From Candidatus Delongbacteria bacterium (GTDB lineage Bacteria; CAIWAD01), in contig OY760505.1 of assembly GCA_963663545.1 (NCBI GenBank), positions 3,456,001 through 3,520,000 on the forward strand: DNA of 64,000 nt. Direction: 5' to 3'. Each line of letters starts with the position of its first letter. The first letter of the stretch is position 1. The translations under genes and the position numbers were made by a program. The notes below the pieces were generated by a model. The model saw nothing but the letters and a program-made list of their open reading frames with translations. It ran no database searches and was not told the DNA's origin. Below are positions 29,444 through 40,353 of this stretch, piece by piece.

Positions 29444-31845
29444 CGTTTCGTTCGCTTCCTCTCCTGATGCTTGCAGTAATCCTGAACGCCAGCGCGGCCT
29501 TTGCCGAAGTCTCTTTCGAGGTCGCAGATGAGCTTTTCGACTGCACAGAATCCAGACCCTCGAGCACCGTATCGACAGACTTGAACGGCGATGGTCTTCA
29601 GGACCTGCTCATCCGCTATACCGACGGTTCGGTGGCCTATGTGGCACACGAGGGCACCGGAGCTCAACAACCGGTGTTTGTACTACGTGATACTCAGGAG
29701 TACGCGGGCCCGCTTCGTGTGCTTCATGATTACGCTAGCAATGATGAGGTCTATGTCGCTGAGCAGAGTACGGGCGGTGTTGCCTTGCGCTTCGGCAGCG
29801 AGTTTAGCGTAGTGATACAAAACTTCGCCACCGAGTACTTGCAAGAAACCGTTCATGCTATCGGCCACTACTTTGCCGACGATGCTTATTCGAACATTGT
29901 CACACGTGACGACGAACATGTGATACACGTCTGGTCCTACACGGGAGGCAGCTGGCAGAGCACCGAGTTGAGTGTCTGGTTTGACAACAACTACTACACA
30001 GGTCCCACACTCGGCGATCTGGATCAGGATGGCCTGGACGACCTGTTGCTGACCAACATAAGCCATGACCAAGTCCATCAAGACTTCTACATGGTGCCTG
30101 GTGGCAGCATTGAGCTGGATACCTTGCACTTGATCAGTATCCCTGCGGAAGCCTTTGAGGAGTACAATCTGAAACTGAGCGACCTGGATGGAGATGGCGA
30201 TCAGGATATTGTGTACTCATGCCATGCAGCCTTGGCCAGATCCGGAGAGCTGGGGTGGCTGGAGCAGACCGAAGAACAGACCTTTGTGTATCACGATTTA
30301 CTCGCGGATCGCTATGCGGATTTCGGCAAAGGCTTTCTGCTGGCAGATATCGATGGCAATGGCCTGCAGGATCTGGTGATGTGTGGGCGATACGGATTGG
30401 TGATTGTCAGCTATGCAACTCATTGCTTCCTGCAGACTGAGCCCGGAGTTTTCGGGCCAGTACAGACCTTGGATCGTCTTAGGCCAATGTCGATGGCCGA
30501 TATTGTGGAGCTGGACGATGATCCAACTACAGTGCAGATTCTCGGTTGTCAGCAAGCGGTGCATCTATTCACCATTGATGATGCGGGTCTGCATCCACAG
30601 CGGAGTATTGGCCGGAGCCTCGGCGGCATGCCCCGGCAGCTGATGGAGTTGGAATCCGCTGAGGGCAATCAGCTGTTGGCCATCACCGAGAGAGGTACCG
30701 GCTACTCCTTTTTTCCTGATGTTGTGCTTGATCGCCCCGTGCCCTTCTATCATTTGGTAAACGGTAGCGTGTATCCTGAACTGGAGTATGCCGATCTGGA
30801 CGGAGATGGCTATGTCGAACCTTGCATCGTTGGCAGCTCCGTCCGATACCTTGATCCTGTAGAAGGTGAGGTAGAGTACGGTGAGTACTACGCCTACACA
30901 CTTGCCGCTACCCTTTTGGATTTGAACAGCGATGGCGTGCAGGACCTGATTGCGATGAACGCCGACAACCAGCTGCGTTACTACCCTTCCTGCGGTCAAG
31001 AGGGCCATTACTTCCATTCCCTGAGCGGACTGAACGAGATCAGCCTTTCCTCGGACGATGCCACTGGCGACGGCCTAGAGGATCTGCTGGTGCGCAGTGA
31101 TAACAATCAGCTACTGGTCTTTCCCAGTCTGGGCAATGGCAGCTTCGGACCTGTGGAGAGTCTGGACGGTGTATCACACGAGAGCAAACTTCAGCTCGCC
31201 GATCTGAATCTGGACGGTCGCAGGGACCTGGTCTTCTTGCAAGAGGGAACGCTGTGCAGTCGTCCTCGGCTGGAGAGCGGCTGGGGCGAAGCGGTGCTGT
31301 ATTTCGAGGACCTGCAGATCAACGATTTCCTGGCAGGCGATTTCGGCGACGGCGACGAACCCGAACTACTGGTCATTGCACCTCATGGAGTGGCAGCACA
31401 GATCCGTGCCCTGAACCTGCGCACGGGTCAGATCTTCATCGGCTCAGCACCGGTGATGGGTGATCTGGCGGCCGCACATGTTGATAGTGATGAAGACCTT
31501 GATCTACTTGTGTATCACGACAGCGGCATCGACTGGCTGGAGAACACTACCACCCTGGGCATCGACGATGCGACTCAGCCCGTGACACATCATCTGCTGG
31601 CGTGCTACCCCAACCCCTTCAACCCGACCACCACCATTCCCTTCGTGATACAGCAAGCCGCTGAGCTGCGCCTTGCGGTCTACAACCTGCGTGGACAGGA
31701 AGTCGCTGTGCTAGCCATGGGCGAGTTCGCGGCGGGCGAGCACCGTGTCACTTTCGATGGCGCAGCATTGGCCAGCGGCGTGTACTTGATTCGCCTGAGT
31801 GGAGAAGGCGTGGAGGAGTCGAGGAAGGCTTTGTTGCTGAAGTGA
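29434..31845 (+). CDS. Secreted FG-GAP/VCBS-repeat protein with FlgD-Ig/T9SS-like C-terminal domain (paralogue 2)
   Basis: Collinear with paralogue 1; ATG 29434 after GGAGG. The ORF-track N-terminal extension is spurious. Confidence 0.88.
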   Translation: MHSTFRSLPLLMLAVILNASAAFAEVSFEVADELFDCTESRPSSTVSTDLNGDGLQDLLIRYTDGSVAYVAHEGTGAQQPVFVLRDTQEYAGPLRVLHDYASNDEVYVAEQSTGGVALRFGSEFSVVIQNFATEYLQETVHAIGHYFADDAYSNIVTRDDEHVIHVWSYTGGSWQSTELSVWFDNNYYTGPTLGDLDQDGLDDLLLTNISHDQVHQDFYMVPGGSIELDTLHLISIPAEAFEEYNLKLSDLDGDGDQDIVYSCHAALARSGELGWLEQTEEQTFVYHDLLADRYADFGKGFLLADIDGNGLQDLVMCGRYGLVIVSYATHCFLQTEPGVFGPVQTLDRLRPMSMADIVELDDDPTTVQILGCQQAVHLFTIDDAGLHPQRSIGRSLGGMPRQLMELESAEGNQLLAITERGTGYSFFPDVVLDRPVPFYHLVNGSVYPELEYADLDGDGYVEPCIVGSSVRYLDPVEGEVEYGEYYAYTLAATLLDLNSDGVQDLIAMNADNQLRYYPSCGQEGHYFHSLSGLNEISLSSDDATGDGLEDLLVRSDNNQLLVFPSLGNGSFGPVESLDGVSHESKLQLADLNLDGRRDLVFLQEGTLCSRPRLESGWGEAVLYFEDLQINDFLAGDFGDGDEPELLVIAPHGVAAQIRALNLRTGQIFIGSAPVMGDLAAAHVDSDEDLDLLVYHDSGIDWLENTTTLGIDDATQPVTHHLLACYPNPFNPTTTIPFVIQQAAELRLAVYNLRGQEVAVLAMGEFAAGEHRVTFDGAALASGVYLIRLSGEGVEESRKALLLK

Positions 31846-32121
31846 TGCGGAAGGCGCGAAGCCAGACAGCTTCACGGGCCAAGAACACCCGTTTGCGTTT
31901 TTGTGCACTAATAATTGTCTCCGCTGAATCGAGTTTGACGGACGGACGAAGCAGGCAGCTGAGGGCTGAGTATTCGTCTGTATGATTTATTTTCCTATCG
32001 CGCCGCAGCGGGGATGCAGAAGGTCGACATGCCGCGCGGATCCTGGCAACGGCTTGTGCTCGACGCATAGAATTGGCAACGTGACCATCCCCCGATTCCA
32101 GGTACGGTAAATGAGGCGACA

Positions 32122-33462
32122 ATGAGCATTGCACAAGGGATAGGTGCACTCGCGACACTTCTGGTTCTGACGGGATGTGTTTCCACGATGCCGAGTGAAT
32201 TTCTTGGGGGCGAGCAGGGCGTGCAGCAGGCTACGCGGATTGTGTTGAAGAAGGATCCGGATTCCTGCACTCGAAGCGCAGCCGATAACAGCTTTGACTT
32301 GTTCTGGTTTAGCGAGCACGAACTCGTGCTGGTGAACCCACTTTCCCTGCACTTCCCTGCGGAGGATGTGTTTTTCGGGGACTCCAGACTGGAGCAGATG
32401 CGCGCCGGTGATGTGCAGGTAGAGGCGTTTCCTTATCGGGTAAACCGTGACGGGGTGCTCGTTGAGAACTTGCCCTCAGAGTATGGCGTGGCGGTTCAGG
32501 ATGCCTTGATCAAGCACTATCGCGAGCGCTATCAGTACGACCTGCTCGATAGCGAGGAGGAGTTAACCGCGCTGCGCACAGCATTTGTTCAGGATCTGGT
32601 GTCTACGGACTCGGTGGCGTTAATGGACCTTTCGACCCGGTTTAGTCAGCCTGCTCGGCATCGCTTCGGAAAAGAGCTGACCACCGGGCAGTACGTAGTG
32701 CTCTGCTGCTACGGGCAACACTCAATGCAGGCATTCTACGCGCTGGGGCTGTATTCGGGGGCCTGTGCCGGTGAGCTGCCAGCCTTGAACACGTATCTCT
32801 CCTTTCAAGATGCTCGTGCGCGGATGGGCCAGCTCTGGAAGGTAACGGCAGCCAATCTGAAGCACACCGTGTTACCTGGTTCTGAATGGATCGAGACGCG
32901 CGTCGATGTCAACCTCGCAGACTCCATGGCTCACCTTGCCAGGCAGATCGAATTGGACGGAGCTGGAGCTTCGGTCGTTGGCATCCGCGAAGCTTGCACC
33001 TGGAGAATGGACTCTGTACTCGTTGAGATCTACAGGACGGCTGATGAGTACACTACCGGCCTCTCCCCCCTCGCACGGGTCTGTCTACAGGAGGATCAGC
33101 TGTCGCCAGGGAACAACGGTTCGGTACTCACCTCGATCCGCCCGGATACTGGTTGTTTCCCACCCATCAGTATGCGCAGGATCAAAACCGGTGTCGTGTA
33201 TTCTGCCTACTGCAGGGGTTCTTTTCTGCCAGGATTGGAGACCAGCCCTGACGGCCGCTATCTGTTGCTGGGGGATAATCTGATCGGAGTGCATGAGAAC
33301 GCCCTGATTAGCGATCATTGCCTGGGGAGCGAATACCTCAGCTACGCAGTGTCCCCGGATTGGAGGCACTACGCCTACATCGAGGGGTCGAATCTGAATC
33401 AGAACGGCTATATCCGCAACGGGACAATCCGGATCGGCATTCTGCCCTTGACGACACCGTGA
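32122..33462 (+). CDS. Hypothetical lipoprotein (possible C-terminal propeller fragment)
   Basis: Lipobox LTG-C; SPDG/SPDW motifs near the C-terminus; GAGG RBS. Confidence 0.65.
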   Translation: MSIAQGIGALATLLVLTGCVSTMPSEFLGGEQGVQQATRIVLKKDPDSCTRSAADNSFDLFWFSEHELVLVNPLSLHFPAEDVFFGDSRLEQMRAGDVQVEAFPYRVNRDGVLVENLPSEYGVAVQDALIKHYRERYQYDLLDSEEELTALRTAFVQDLVSTDSVALMDLSTRFSQPARHRFGKELTTGQYVVLCCYGQHSMQAFYALGLYSGACAGELPALNTYLSFQDARARMGQLWKVTAANLKHTVLPGSEWIETRVDVNLADSMAHLARQIELDGAGASVVGIREACTWRMDSVLVEIYRTADEYTTGLSPLARVCLQEDQLSPGNNGSVLTSIRPDTGCFPPISMRRIKTGVVYSAYCRGSFLPGLETSPDGRYLLLGDNLIGVHENALISDHCLGSEYLSYAVSPDWRHYAYIEGSNLNQNGYIRNGTIRIGILPLTTP

Positions 33463-33919
33463 CATGTGGCTGTTCTTCAGGGACGGGATCAAATCTGAGT
33501 CTGACCCCGGTCACGCACTGACGCTGTGTGTCACCACCTGTGGTCGTATCACCGTCGACTTGACCCGAAGCTCCTCTTAGTCAAGTCGTTCGACGAAGCC
33601 ACAGAGTAGTGTATGTTTCGCGTACATCACTTCGACGAGGCCACGCATCTGGAGTGTTTGATTTCGCCGCGATGGCTGGACGCGTGGCTTCGTCCATAGG
33701 GTACAATGGCTTCCTGTCGAAGAGAAGACGGAGTATCGACCTCCTATTCTTCAGCCTGACAGCAATCGAGCCAAACAGCCAGCGTTTCTAAATGCGGACA
33801 CCGCGGATGCGACTGAAGGCCGTTCCTCGGCCGGAAGTATGTAGAAGCGGTGGACGCAGTGTTGCGCTATGGTTGGGGGCTGCCGCGAGCGCATGCCGGT
33901 TAGAAGCGATTTCTTTGGC

Positions 33920-33953
33920 GGTACCTTTCTTTGGCAAGACAAAGAAAGGTACC
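33920..33953. repeat. Perfect 14-bp-stem hairpin
   Basis: GGTACCTTTCTTTG-GCAAGA-CAAAGAAAGGTACC. Confidence 0.75.
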
Positions 33954-34090
33954 ATCGAGCCAGCATAGCGCTAGCGTACGCCCGCGCTAGCGGGAAAGAG
34001 AAGACTCGGCACCGATACCGATAGCGATACCGATTGGAGGGGATTGTTACCTTGAGCGGCTTAGGAACAAGCCGCAATCCAAGGAATGAC

Positions 34091-36316
34091 ATGTCCACCC
34101 ACCACGAACCCACTGTCACCGCCGAACTCGCCCGCGAGCACGGCCTTACAGATGCAGAATACGCACGCGTTCTTGAGATCCTGGGACGCACTCCGACCTG
34201 GACTGAGCTGGGGATTTTCTCCGTCATGTGGTCCGAGCACTGCAGCTACAAGAACAGCATTGCTCAGCTCAAAACCCTGCCCCGCTCCGGCGGAAGGCTG
34301 CTGGTGGCGGCGGGTGAGGAGAACGCCGGCTTGATCGACGTGGGCGATGGTTTGGCCATCGCCTTCAAGATCGAGAGCCACAACCACCCCAGCGCGGTGG
34401 AGCCCTATCAGGGCGCGGCCACCGGCGTCGGCGGCATCATGCGCGACATTTTCACCATGGGCGCGCGCCCCATCGCCAGCTTGAACAGCCTGCGCTTTCC
34501 CGAGATCAAGCATCCGACGACGCGCTGGCTGGTGGACGGCATCGTGCGCGGCATCGGCGATTACGGCAACTGCCTGGGCATTCCCACGGTGGCGGGCGAG
34601 GTCAACTTCGATCCGTGTTACAATGGTAATCCGCTGGTCAATGCGATGACGGTCGGTGTAGTACGCGCCGATCAAACCGCCAGTGCCACAGCCGAGGGAG
34701 CGGGCAATCCGGTCTTCCTCATCGGCTCCAGCACCGGCCGCGACGGCATCCACGGCGCCACTTTTGCCAGCGAGGAGCTTTCGGAGGCCAGCGAGGAGAA
34801 GCGCAGCAGCGTGCAGGTGGGCGATCCCTTCATGGAGAAACTGCTGCTGGAGGCTTCCATCGAGCTGATCCAGAGCGGCGATCTGGTGGGCATCCAGGAC
34901 ATGGGTGCCGCAGGTATCACGTGCTCCTGCAGCGAGATGAGCGCCAAGGGCAAGGCCGGCATCCGCATCCACGTGGAGCGCATTCCCCAGCGTGAGACGG
35001 GCATGACGCCCTATGAAGTGCTGCTCAGCGAAAGCCAGGAGCGCATGCTGGTAGTGATGAAGAAGGGCCGCGAACAGACGGTGCTGGACATTTGCGCTAA
35101 GTGGGACATTCACGCTGAACAAATCGGCGAGGTTACCGACACCGGCCTCTTTGAAGTGGTTCACGAAGGAGAACTGAAGTCCAGCATTCCGGCTGAAGTG
35201 CTGGTGCTGGGCGGCGGCGCGCCCGTCTACGAGCGCGAGTGGTGCGAACCCGCGTACTACAAGGAGCTGCGTGATACACCGCTACCGCGCTACGACAAGC
35301 CTGAGCTGAATCAGGAGCTGCGCGAGTTGATGTCTCACGAGAACGTCATCAGCCGCCGCTGGATCTACCAGCAGTACGACCACATGATCGGCACGGCAAC
35401 CGAACTGCGCCCCGGTGGCGATGCGGCCGTGGTCCGTGTGAAGCACACGCGCAAGCACATTTCGTGTACTACAGACTGCAACGCGGCGCTGGTACAGCTG
35501 GACCCGCGTGAGGGCACTCGTCAGGCGGTGGCCGAGGCTGCGCGCAACATCGCCTGCACGGGCGGTCAACCGCTGGCCATCACCAACTGCCTGAACTTCG
35601 GCAATCCCTACGATCCCGAAGTCTATTGGCAGTTCCGCGAGGCCATTGCGGGCATGGGCGAGGCTTGCCGTTTCTTCGACACTCCGGTGACCGGCGGCAA
35701 CGTCAGCTTCTATAATGAGAGCCCCAAAGCGGCCATTTTCCCAACGCCTGTGATTGGCATGATCGGCCTGCAGGAAGAGGGCGACCCCGTCCCCAGCGCC
35801 TTCCGTGGCGAGGGCGAACTGATTCTGCTGCTGGGGAATCCCGGCGCCGAGCTGGGCGGAAGCCTCTACCTGCGCCGTCGTCTGGGCGAGCTGCGCGGTC
35901 GCATGCCGCAGGTCGACCTGGAACACGAGCAGCGACTGCAGAAACTGCTGGCTTTCGCCGCAGCACGCGGCCTTACTCGTAGTGCGCACGATGTCGCCGA
36001 GGGCGGACTGGCGGTTACCCTGGCCGAGTGCTGCCTGTGTGATCCCGATCTGCGTATCGGCGCACGTGTTACACTTGAGAGTCGCCTGGCGCCCGATGTG
36101 CTGCTCTTCGCCGAAACCCCCGGCCTGGTGGTCGTGAGCCTTCTGCCGGAACACGGCGAAGCCTATCACGAACTGGCGCAGGAGCTGGGTGTACCCTGTC
36201 GCGAGATCGGTGTCACCGGCGGTGACAGTCTGCAGATCGGCGAGTGGATCGACTGCGAAGTGGATGAGCTGGCCGCGAGTTGGTGGAACCGTCTGGCGGA
36301 GCTGATGGAGGGCTGA
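34091..36316 (+). CDS. purL: Phosphoribosylformylglycinamidine synthase subunit PurL
   Basis: [50 protein letters not shown] 34091 after AAGGA. Confidence 0.97.
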   Translation: MSTHHEPTVTAELAREHGLTDAEYARVLEILGRTPTWTELGIFSVMWSEHCSYKNSIAQLKTLPRSGGRLLVAAGEENAGLIDVGDGLAIAFKIESHNHPSAVEPYQGAATGVGGIMRDIFTMGARPIASLNSLRFPEIKHPTTRWLVDGIVRGIGDYGNCLGIPTVAGEVNFDPCYNGNPLVNAMTVGVVRADQTASATAEGAGNPVFLIGSSTGRDGIHGATFASEELSEASEEKRSSVQVGDPFMEKLLLEASIELIQSGDLVGIQDMGAAGITCSCSEMSAKGKAGIRIHVERIPQRETGMTPYEVLLSESQERMLVVMKKGREQTVLDICAKWDIHAEQIGEVTDTGLFEVVHEGELKSSIPAEVLVLGGGAPVYEREWCEPAYYKELRDTPLPRYDKPELNQELRELMSHENVISRRWIYQQYDHMIGTATELRPGGDAAVVRVKHTRKHISCTTDCNAALVQLDPREGTRQAVAEAARNIACTGGQPLAITNCLNFGNPYDPEVYWQFREAIAGMGEACRFFDTPVTGGNVSFYNESPKAAIFPTPVIGMIGLQEEGDPVPSAFRGEGELILLLGNPGAELGGSLYLRRRLGELRGRMPQVDLEHEQRLQKLLAFAAARGLTRSAHDVAEGGLAVTLAECCLCDPDLRIGARVTLESRLAPDVLLFAETPGLVVVSLLPEHGEAYHELAQELGVPCREIGVTGGDSLQIGEWIDCEVDELAASWWNRLAELMEG

Positions 36317-36322
36317 TTCGCG

Positions 36323-39300
36323 ATGGAAGGAGGGGAACAGCAACACTTCGTTGAGCCGGAGCTGGCGAAGAAACGCGGTTTCCGTCGCGCTTTGCTTTGG
36401 ATCGCTGCCTTTCTGTTGCTGGTGCTGGTTGTTGTGCTTGGTGCCGGTTGGTGGCTGCTGCGACCACCGCAACTGACCCGGGCTGCAGAGCGCGCCCTGG
36501 CCTACATCGGTATCCCGGGCGGGTTGCGCGTCAGCGATTCCTCGCTGGATCACATTCGCCTGGAGCAGCTGCATCTTGATCGTGACACAAGCGGCTGTGA
36601 TACGGACGCCTTCTTCGAGCTGGCCTCCGTTGACGTCTATTATCACGCCACTCGCCTGCTGAGCCGCGAGATTGCGGTGGATTCCATTGTCGTCAGCAAT
36701 CCAAACCTGAGCCTTTGCTGGCAGGACAGTCTGTTGCTGCCATCCTGGATTGCTCTACCCGCGGATACCGTCGAACAGCCGGAAGAGGAGAGTTGTGAGC
36801 AGGGCCTGGGCCTGCGACGGCTTGAGGGCTGGTCGGTGAGCGTTGAACCGGCGCAGCTGATTCTGCGTGGGCTGCAACTCAGCGCTTCGGGAAGTCATCA
36901 GGGGAAGCCCTTCGCGCTGGGCACGCCTGAGCTGGACTTCAGTCTGCGCTTGCCCGGCATCGCACCCGCCGACTGGCTCGTGCTGGATCAGCGCCGTCTG
37001 CCGGTAGGATTCCTTGCCGATTTCCTGGCGCAGTGGAACGGCACGTGGCGGCAACAGGAAGAAGCGCTCACGCTGGCCTTGCCCGGTATCACGGACGCGG
37101 ACAGTCTGCAGCTGAAGATGAGGGGCAGTCTGAGTCAGCGGACCAGCGCCGATCTGTGTGTCACGGCGGATAGTCTGCGCTTCGTGGCCAGCGCCGAGCT
37201 GGGTATGGAGGAGCTGTTGATCGAGCTCCATGGTGATACACAGCAATTGCCTCGCAGCCTGAGCTGCGGTCTGAACTTGACTCTCCCGCTGACGGAAGCG
37301 CTGGCGGGCATTCGACCCGCTGGAGTACTATGCGAAGTGCAGGCGGCGCTCCCCGATTGGAATAGCGAGCTTCGTCTGGGAGCGGCGCTGGATTCTCTGG
37401 CCGTACTCGAGTGGGAGCTCACGCTGGCCCAGCCGCTGGAGGCCCTCTCCGGCTTCCTGCCCTTTTTCCTACCCCAGTACTTCAGCGAAATGCAGCCCTT
37501 TGCGGGCGATCTGAATCTGCAGGGTAGGGGACATCTGGACCCCACCACTTTCAGTGGCGCACAGCGTTTTCATTTCGGTCTGGACCTGGACGCCCTAAGC
37601 CTTCCGCGCTACGGAGTGTCGCTGGCGCAGGTGCACACGGCTGCCGATTTTGGCTGTGTGTTACAGGATACACTGCCCACGCAGATGCAGCTCGACGCCG
37701 CCTTTTCGCTGACGGATTTCGCGCTGAACACCACCGCGCTAGGCATCCATGGACTGCCACCACGCCTGCAAAGCATCGGTTGTGATACAATGTCGGTCGA
37801 GGCTCAGGCTTCACTTCCCGTTCTGGAGGACAGCCTGAGTTGCAGCTTCGACCTCAGCCTTGGCTCGCTGCTGGACGCCGACTACTTCCTCAGTCTGGGC
37901 GCGAGTCTGCCTGCTGTGAATGAACTGATCGCACTAGCTGGTGATACAATGCTGATCGCCGATCCGCTGTGCGCGCTGGATGTCTTCGCTTCACTTCCCA
38001 CGTGGATGTTTCTGGAAAGCACTCGCGTGCCCTTGGAGGGGCTGGTGGAGGGCGTTAGCGGTGCTGTGCGCCTGAGTGCTATGAGCCAGTCCGGAGGAGG
38101 CCAGTGGCAGGCGGAAGCCGCGCTGATTCCGGACGGTGTAGAATTGCGCACAAGTGAAGAAGCCGAGTGGTTGCCACTTCCCTTACACCAGCTGGGTACG
38201 AGTCTGAGTTACAGCACGGGTCAGGAGGAGTTGGCGCTCTTTCTGAAGGCGCCGCCCTTGTCTGCGATCCAGGTGCAGCTGTGTCCGCTGCCGCAGGGCG
38301 TGCAGATCGAGGCCACCAGCACCGGATTGCGGCTGCGTGAGCTGGTGGACATCGCCGAGCGCTTGCGAGTCTTCGAAATGCCGTTTGGCAGCCGCGTCGA
38401 GGGCGAACTTGGCGTTGGATTTGAACTGGTCTTGAACTCTGATTTCATGCCGGATAGCGCGAGTGTGCGTGTGACGCTGGATCACATGAACGCCGCCCAC
38501 ATGGGTTACCAGGCCAGCGACTTCTCTACGCAGGCGGGAGTGCGTTGGACCCCTTCAGGCGTGGAGTTGGGCGCGGACTGGAACCTGTCGCATGCGGGAC
38601 CCGAGGCACAACCCGCGCTCTGGTCGGGATTGCATGGGCGCTTGACGGCAGCCGCCGCGGCCGATGTGACACGCCTGCCCGAGTTGGAAGGCCTGCTCCC
38701 CGCAGCGTGGCCAGCGCCAGCTCGTGATCCAGGACGCGTTGCAAACGCGCAGGCAGAAATCGAAATGCACTCCCTTGGCTGGAACGCAGATCTGAACTGG
38801 CAGTGCGCCGACTGGCGCTTGCCGACTCAATCGACGCTTGTGTTAAACAGCCACATCTCCACAGCGGACACCTTGGTCAGCCCTTGGCCGGACGTGCACC
38901 TGGGGGGCGATCTGACGCAGCAACTACGTGTCGAGCCTATGGACGGTGATACACTGAGCCTGCATTTCGATACCGATGGCCTATTAAGCGAGGTGCGCTA
39001 CGAGGAGCTGGCGCGCCTGTCGCGCCTGCATGTGGCCTTCCACTTTGCCCAGGATCTGGTTCCCGACCCGGCGAATCCCTGGCTGGCGCTGCAATTGCAG
39101 CCTCCACCCGTAGACTGGGATCTATTGCGCTCTCTTGGCCGCGACGAACCGCGCGAGGCTCCCGAGGCTGCCCGGGGCTGGGCGCTGCGTGTGGAAGAGA
39201 TCGAGGCGATGGGAGTTGTGATACAACAGTTGGCGCTGGATTTGCGCGCTGGACAAGGACGTCTAGATTGCCCACGCTTCCAGTGCCGTCTGCTGGACGG

Positions 39301-39814
39301 CGAAGTGCGCGGCGCTTTTCGTGTAGCTGGCTGGGATCCGCCGGAGTACGGCCTTTGGTGCACCGTGACGGGTGTTGATTCGCGCCAGTTCAGTTTTGGT
39401 CGCAAGGACGAGGCTGTATCACGTAGCACGGGTCCGGTACCGCGCGCTGATCGGCTGGACGTGGTGCTTAGTCTTTCGGGCAGCGGAGCCGATCTGGATG
39501 CGCTGGATCAGATCACCGGCACCATGCGCTTTCCCGAACTTGGCCGCGAGGTGACCCTGAATCTGCTCTACGCGCTAAACCAGTACAGTCCGGATCCCAA
39601 TCTGGGACGCATCAGCCGCCTGCTCAATCTGCCGGGCTTCCGCTATTCGGTGGAGACTCTGGATTTCGACATGGCCCACGGCTTCGTGCGCCCGCAGGTG
39701 GCTCTGCGCAAGAGCTTCCTGTCACCGCTGCCCGATGTCAGCCTACCCATGAGTCCGCTGCCGCTGGGCTTTCTGGTGCGCAACTTCGCCCTAGTCGAGG
39801 AGGAAATTCAATGA
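36323..39814 (+). CDS. AsmA-like / YdbH-like intermembrane protein
   Basis: Single N-terminal TM helix, AsmA-type N-segment (RLLSREIAVDSIVVSNPNL), long beta-rich body, adjacent to a YdbL homologue. Confidence 0.65.
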   Translation: MEGGEQQHFVEPELAKKRGFRRALLWIAAFLLLVLVVVLGAGWWLLRPPQLTRAAERALAYIGIPGGLRVSDSSLDHIRLEQLHLDRDTSGCDTDAFFELASVDVYYHATRLLSREIAVDSIVVSNPNLSLCWQDSLLLPSWIALPADTVEQPEEESCEQGLGLRRLEGWSVSVEPAQLILRGLQLSASGSHQGKPFALGTPELDFSLRLPGIAPADWLVLDQRRLPVGFLADFLAQWNGTWRQQEEALTLALPGITDADSLQLKMRGSLSQRTSADLCVTADSLRFVASAELGMEELLIELHGDTQQLPRSLSCGLNLTLPLTEALAGIRPAGVLCEVQAALPDWNSELRLGAALDSLAVLEWELTLAQPLEALSGFLPFFLPQYFSEMQPFAGDLNLQGRGHLDPTTFSGAQRFHFGLDLDALSLPRYGVSLAQVHTAADFGCVLQDTLPTQMQLDAAFSLTDFALNTTALGIHGLPPRLQSIGCDTMSVEAQASLPVLEDSLSCSFDLSLGSLLDADYFLSLGASLPAVNELIALAGDTMLIADPLCALDVFASLPTWMFLESTRVPLEGLVEGVSGAVRLSAMSQSGGGQWQAEAALIPDGVELRTSEEAEWLPLPLHQLGTSLSYSTGQEELALFLKAPPLSAIQVQLCPLPQGVQIEATSTGLRLRELVDIAERLRVFEMPFGSRVEGELGVGFELVLNSDFMPDSASVRVTLDHMNAAHMGYQASDFSTQAGVRWTPSGVELGADWNLSHAGPEAQPALWSGLHGRLTAAAAADVTRLPELEGLLPAAWPAPARDPGRVANAQAEIEMHSLGWNADLNWQCADWRLPTQSTLVLNSHISTADTLVSPWPDVHLGGDLTQQLRVEPMDGDTLSLHFDTDGLLSEVRYEELARLSRLHVAFHFAQDLVPDPANPWLALQLQPPPVDWDLLRSLGRDEPREAPEAARGWALRVEEIEAMGVVIQQLALDLRAGQGRLDCPRFQCRLLDGEVRGAFRVAGWDPPEYGLWCTVTGVDSRQFSFGRKDEAVSRSTGPVPRADRLDVVLSLSGSGADLDALDQITGTMRFPELGREVTLNLLYALNQYSPDPNLGRISRLLNLPGFRYSVETLDFDMAHGFVRPQVALRKSFLSPLPDVSLPMSPLPLGFLVRNFALVEEEIQ

Positions 39815-40353
39815 AGCCCTCGCGTTCGCTGAACCTTAGTGCAGCCCTTGCGCTGTTGTCCTTATTGCTGGGCTGTTCCCTGCAGGCACCCGAACTGGTG
39901 GTTACCGGCGAACGAACCGCCCTCGAGAGACAGGTGCTGGGTTCGTATCAGCAGTTGAACGAAAACCTCTGGCTGCTGGCCAGCACGCGGCAGCAGGAAG
40001 ACAGTCTGCAACTAGGCGCGGAGCAGGGCAGTCTGCTGGAAGCGGTGCGCAGACGTAGATTCAATCGCGACGATCTGATCTCCTTGCTGGCCAGCGGATG
40101 GCTGGGGGAGGGGCTTGAGGGCCAACTGGTACTGCGCATGGGACGTGGCGGCATCGATCCACACTTGGAGCTCGTGCGTGAGCGCGTGTTACGTCAGGAG
40201 AACGAGGACCGCGGCGTGCTGCTGGATCGTCTGCGTCGCCTGAATCCCGGTGCCGAGGATGAGGTGAGCGCCGTTTTCCGCGGCATTCTGCTGGACGAAA
40301 GTCCGAATGGCAGCTGGGTGCAGCTGGATGACGGGGGATGGAAACGCAAATGA
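39811..40353 (+). CDS. DUF1318 / YdbL-family lipoprotein
   Basis: Lipobox LLG-C; GWLGEGLEGQL, ENEDR, GSWVQLDDGGWKRK. ATGA overlaps on both sides. Confidence 0.78.
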   Translation: MKPSRSLNLSAALALLSLLLGCSLQAPELVVTGERTALERQVLGSYQQLNENLWLLASTRQQEDSLQLGAEQGSLLEAVRRRRFNRDDLISLLASGWLGEGLEGQLVLRMGRGGIDPHLELVRERVLRQENEDRGVLLDRLRRLNPGAEDEVSAVFRGILLDESPNGSWVQLDDGGWKRK

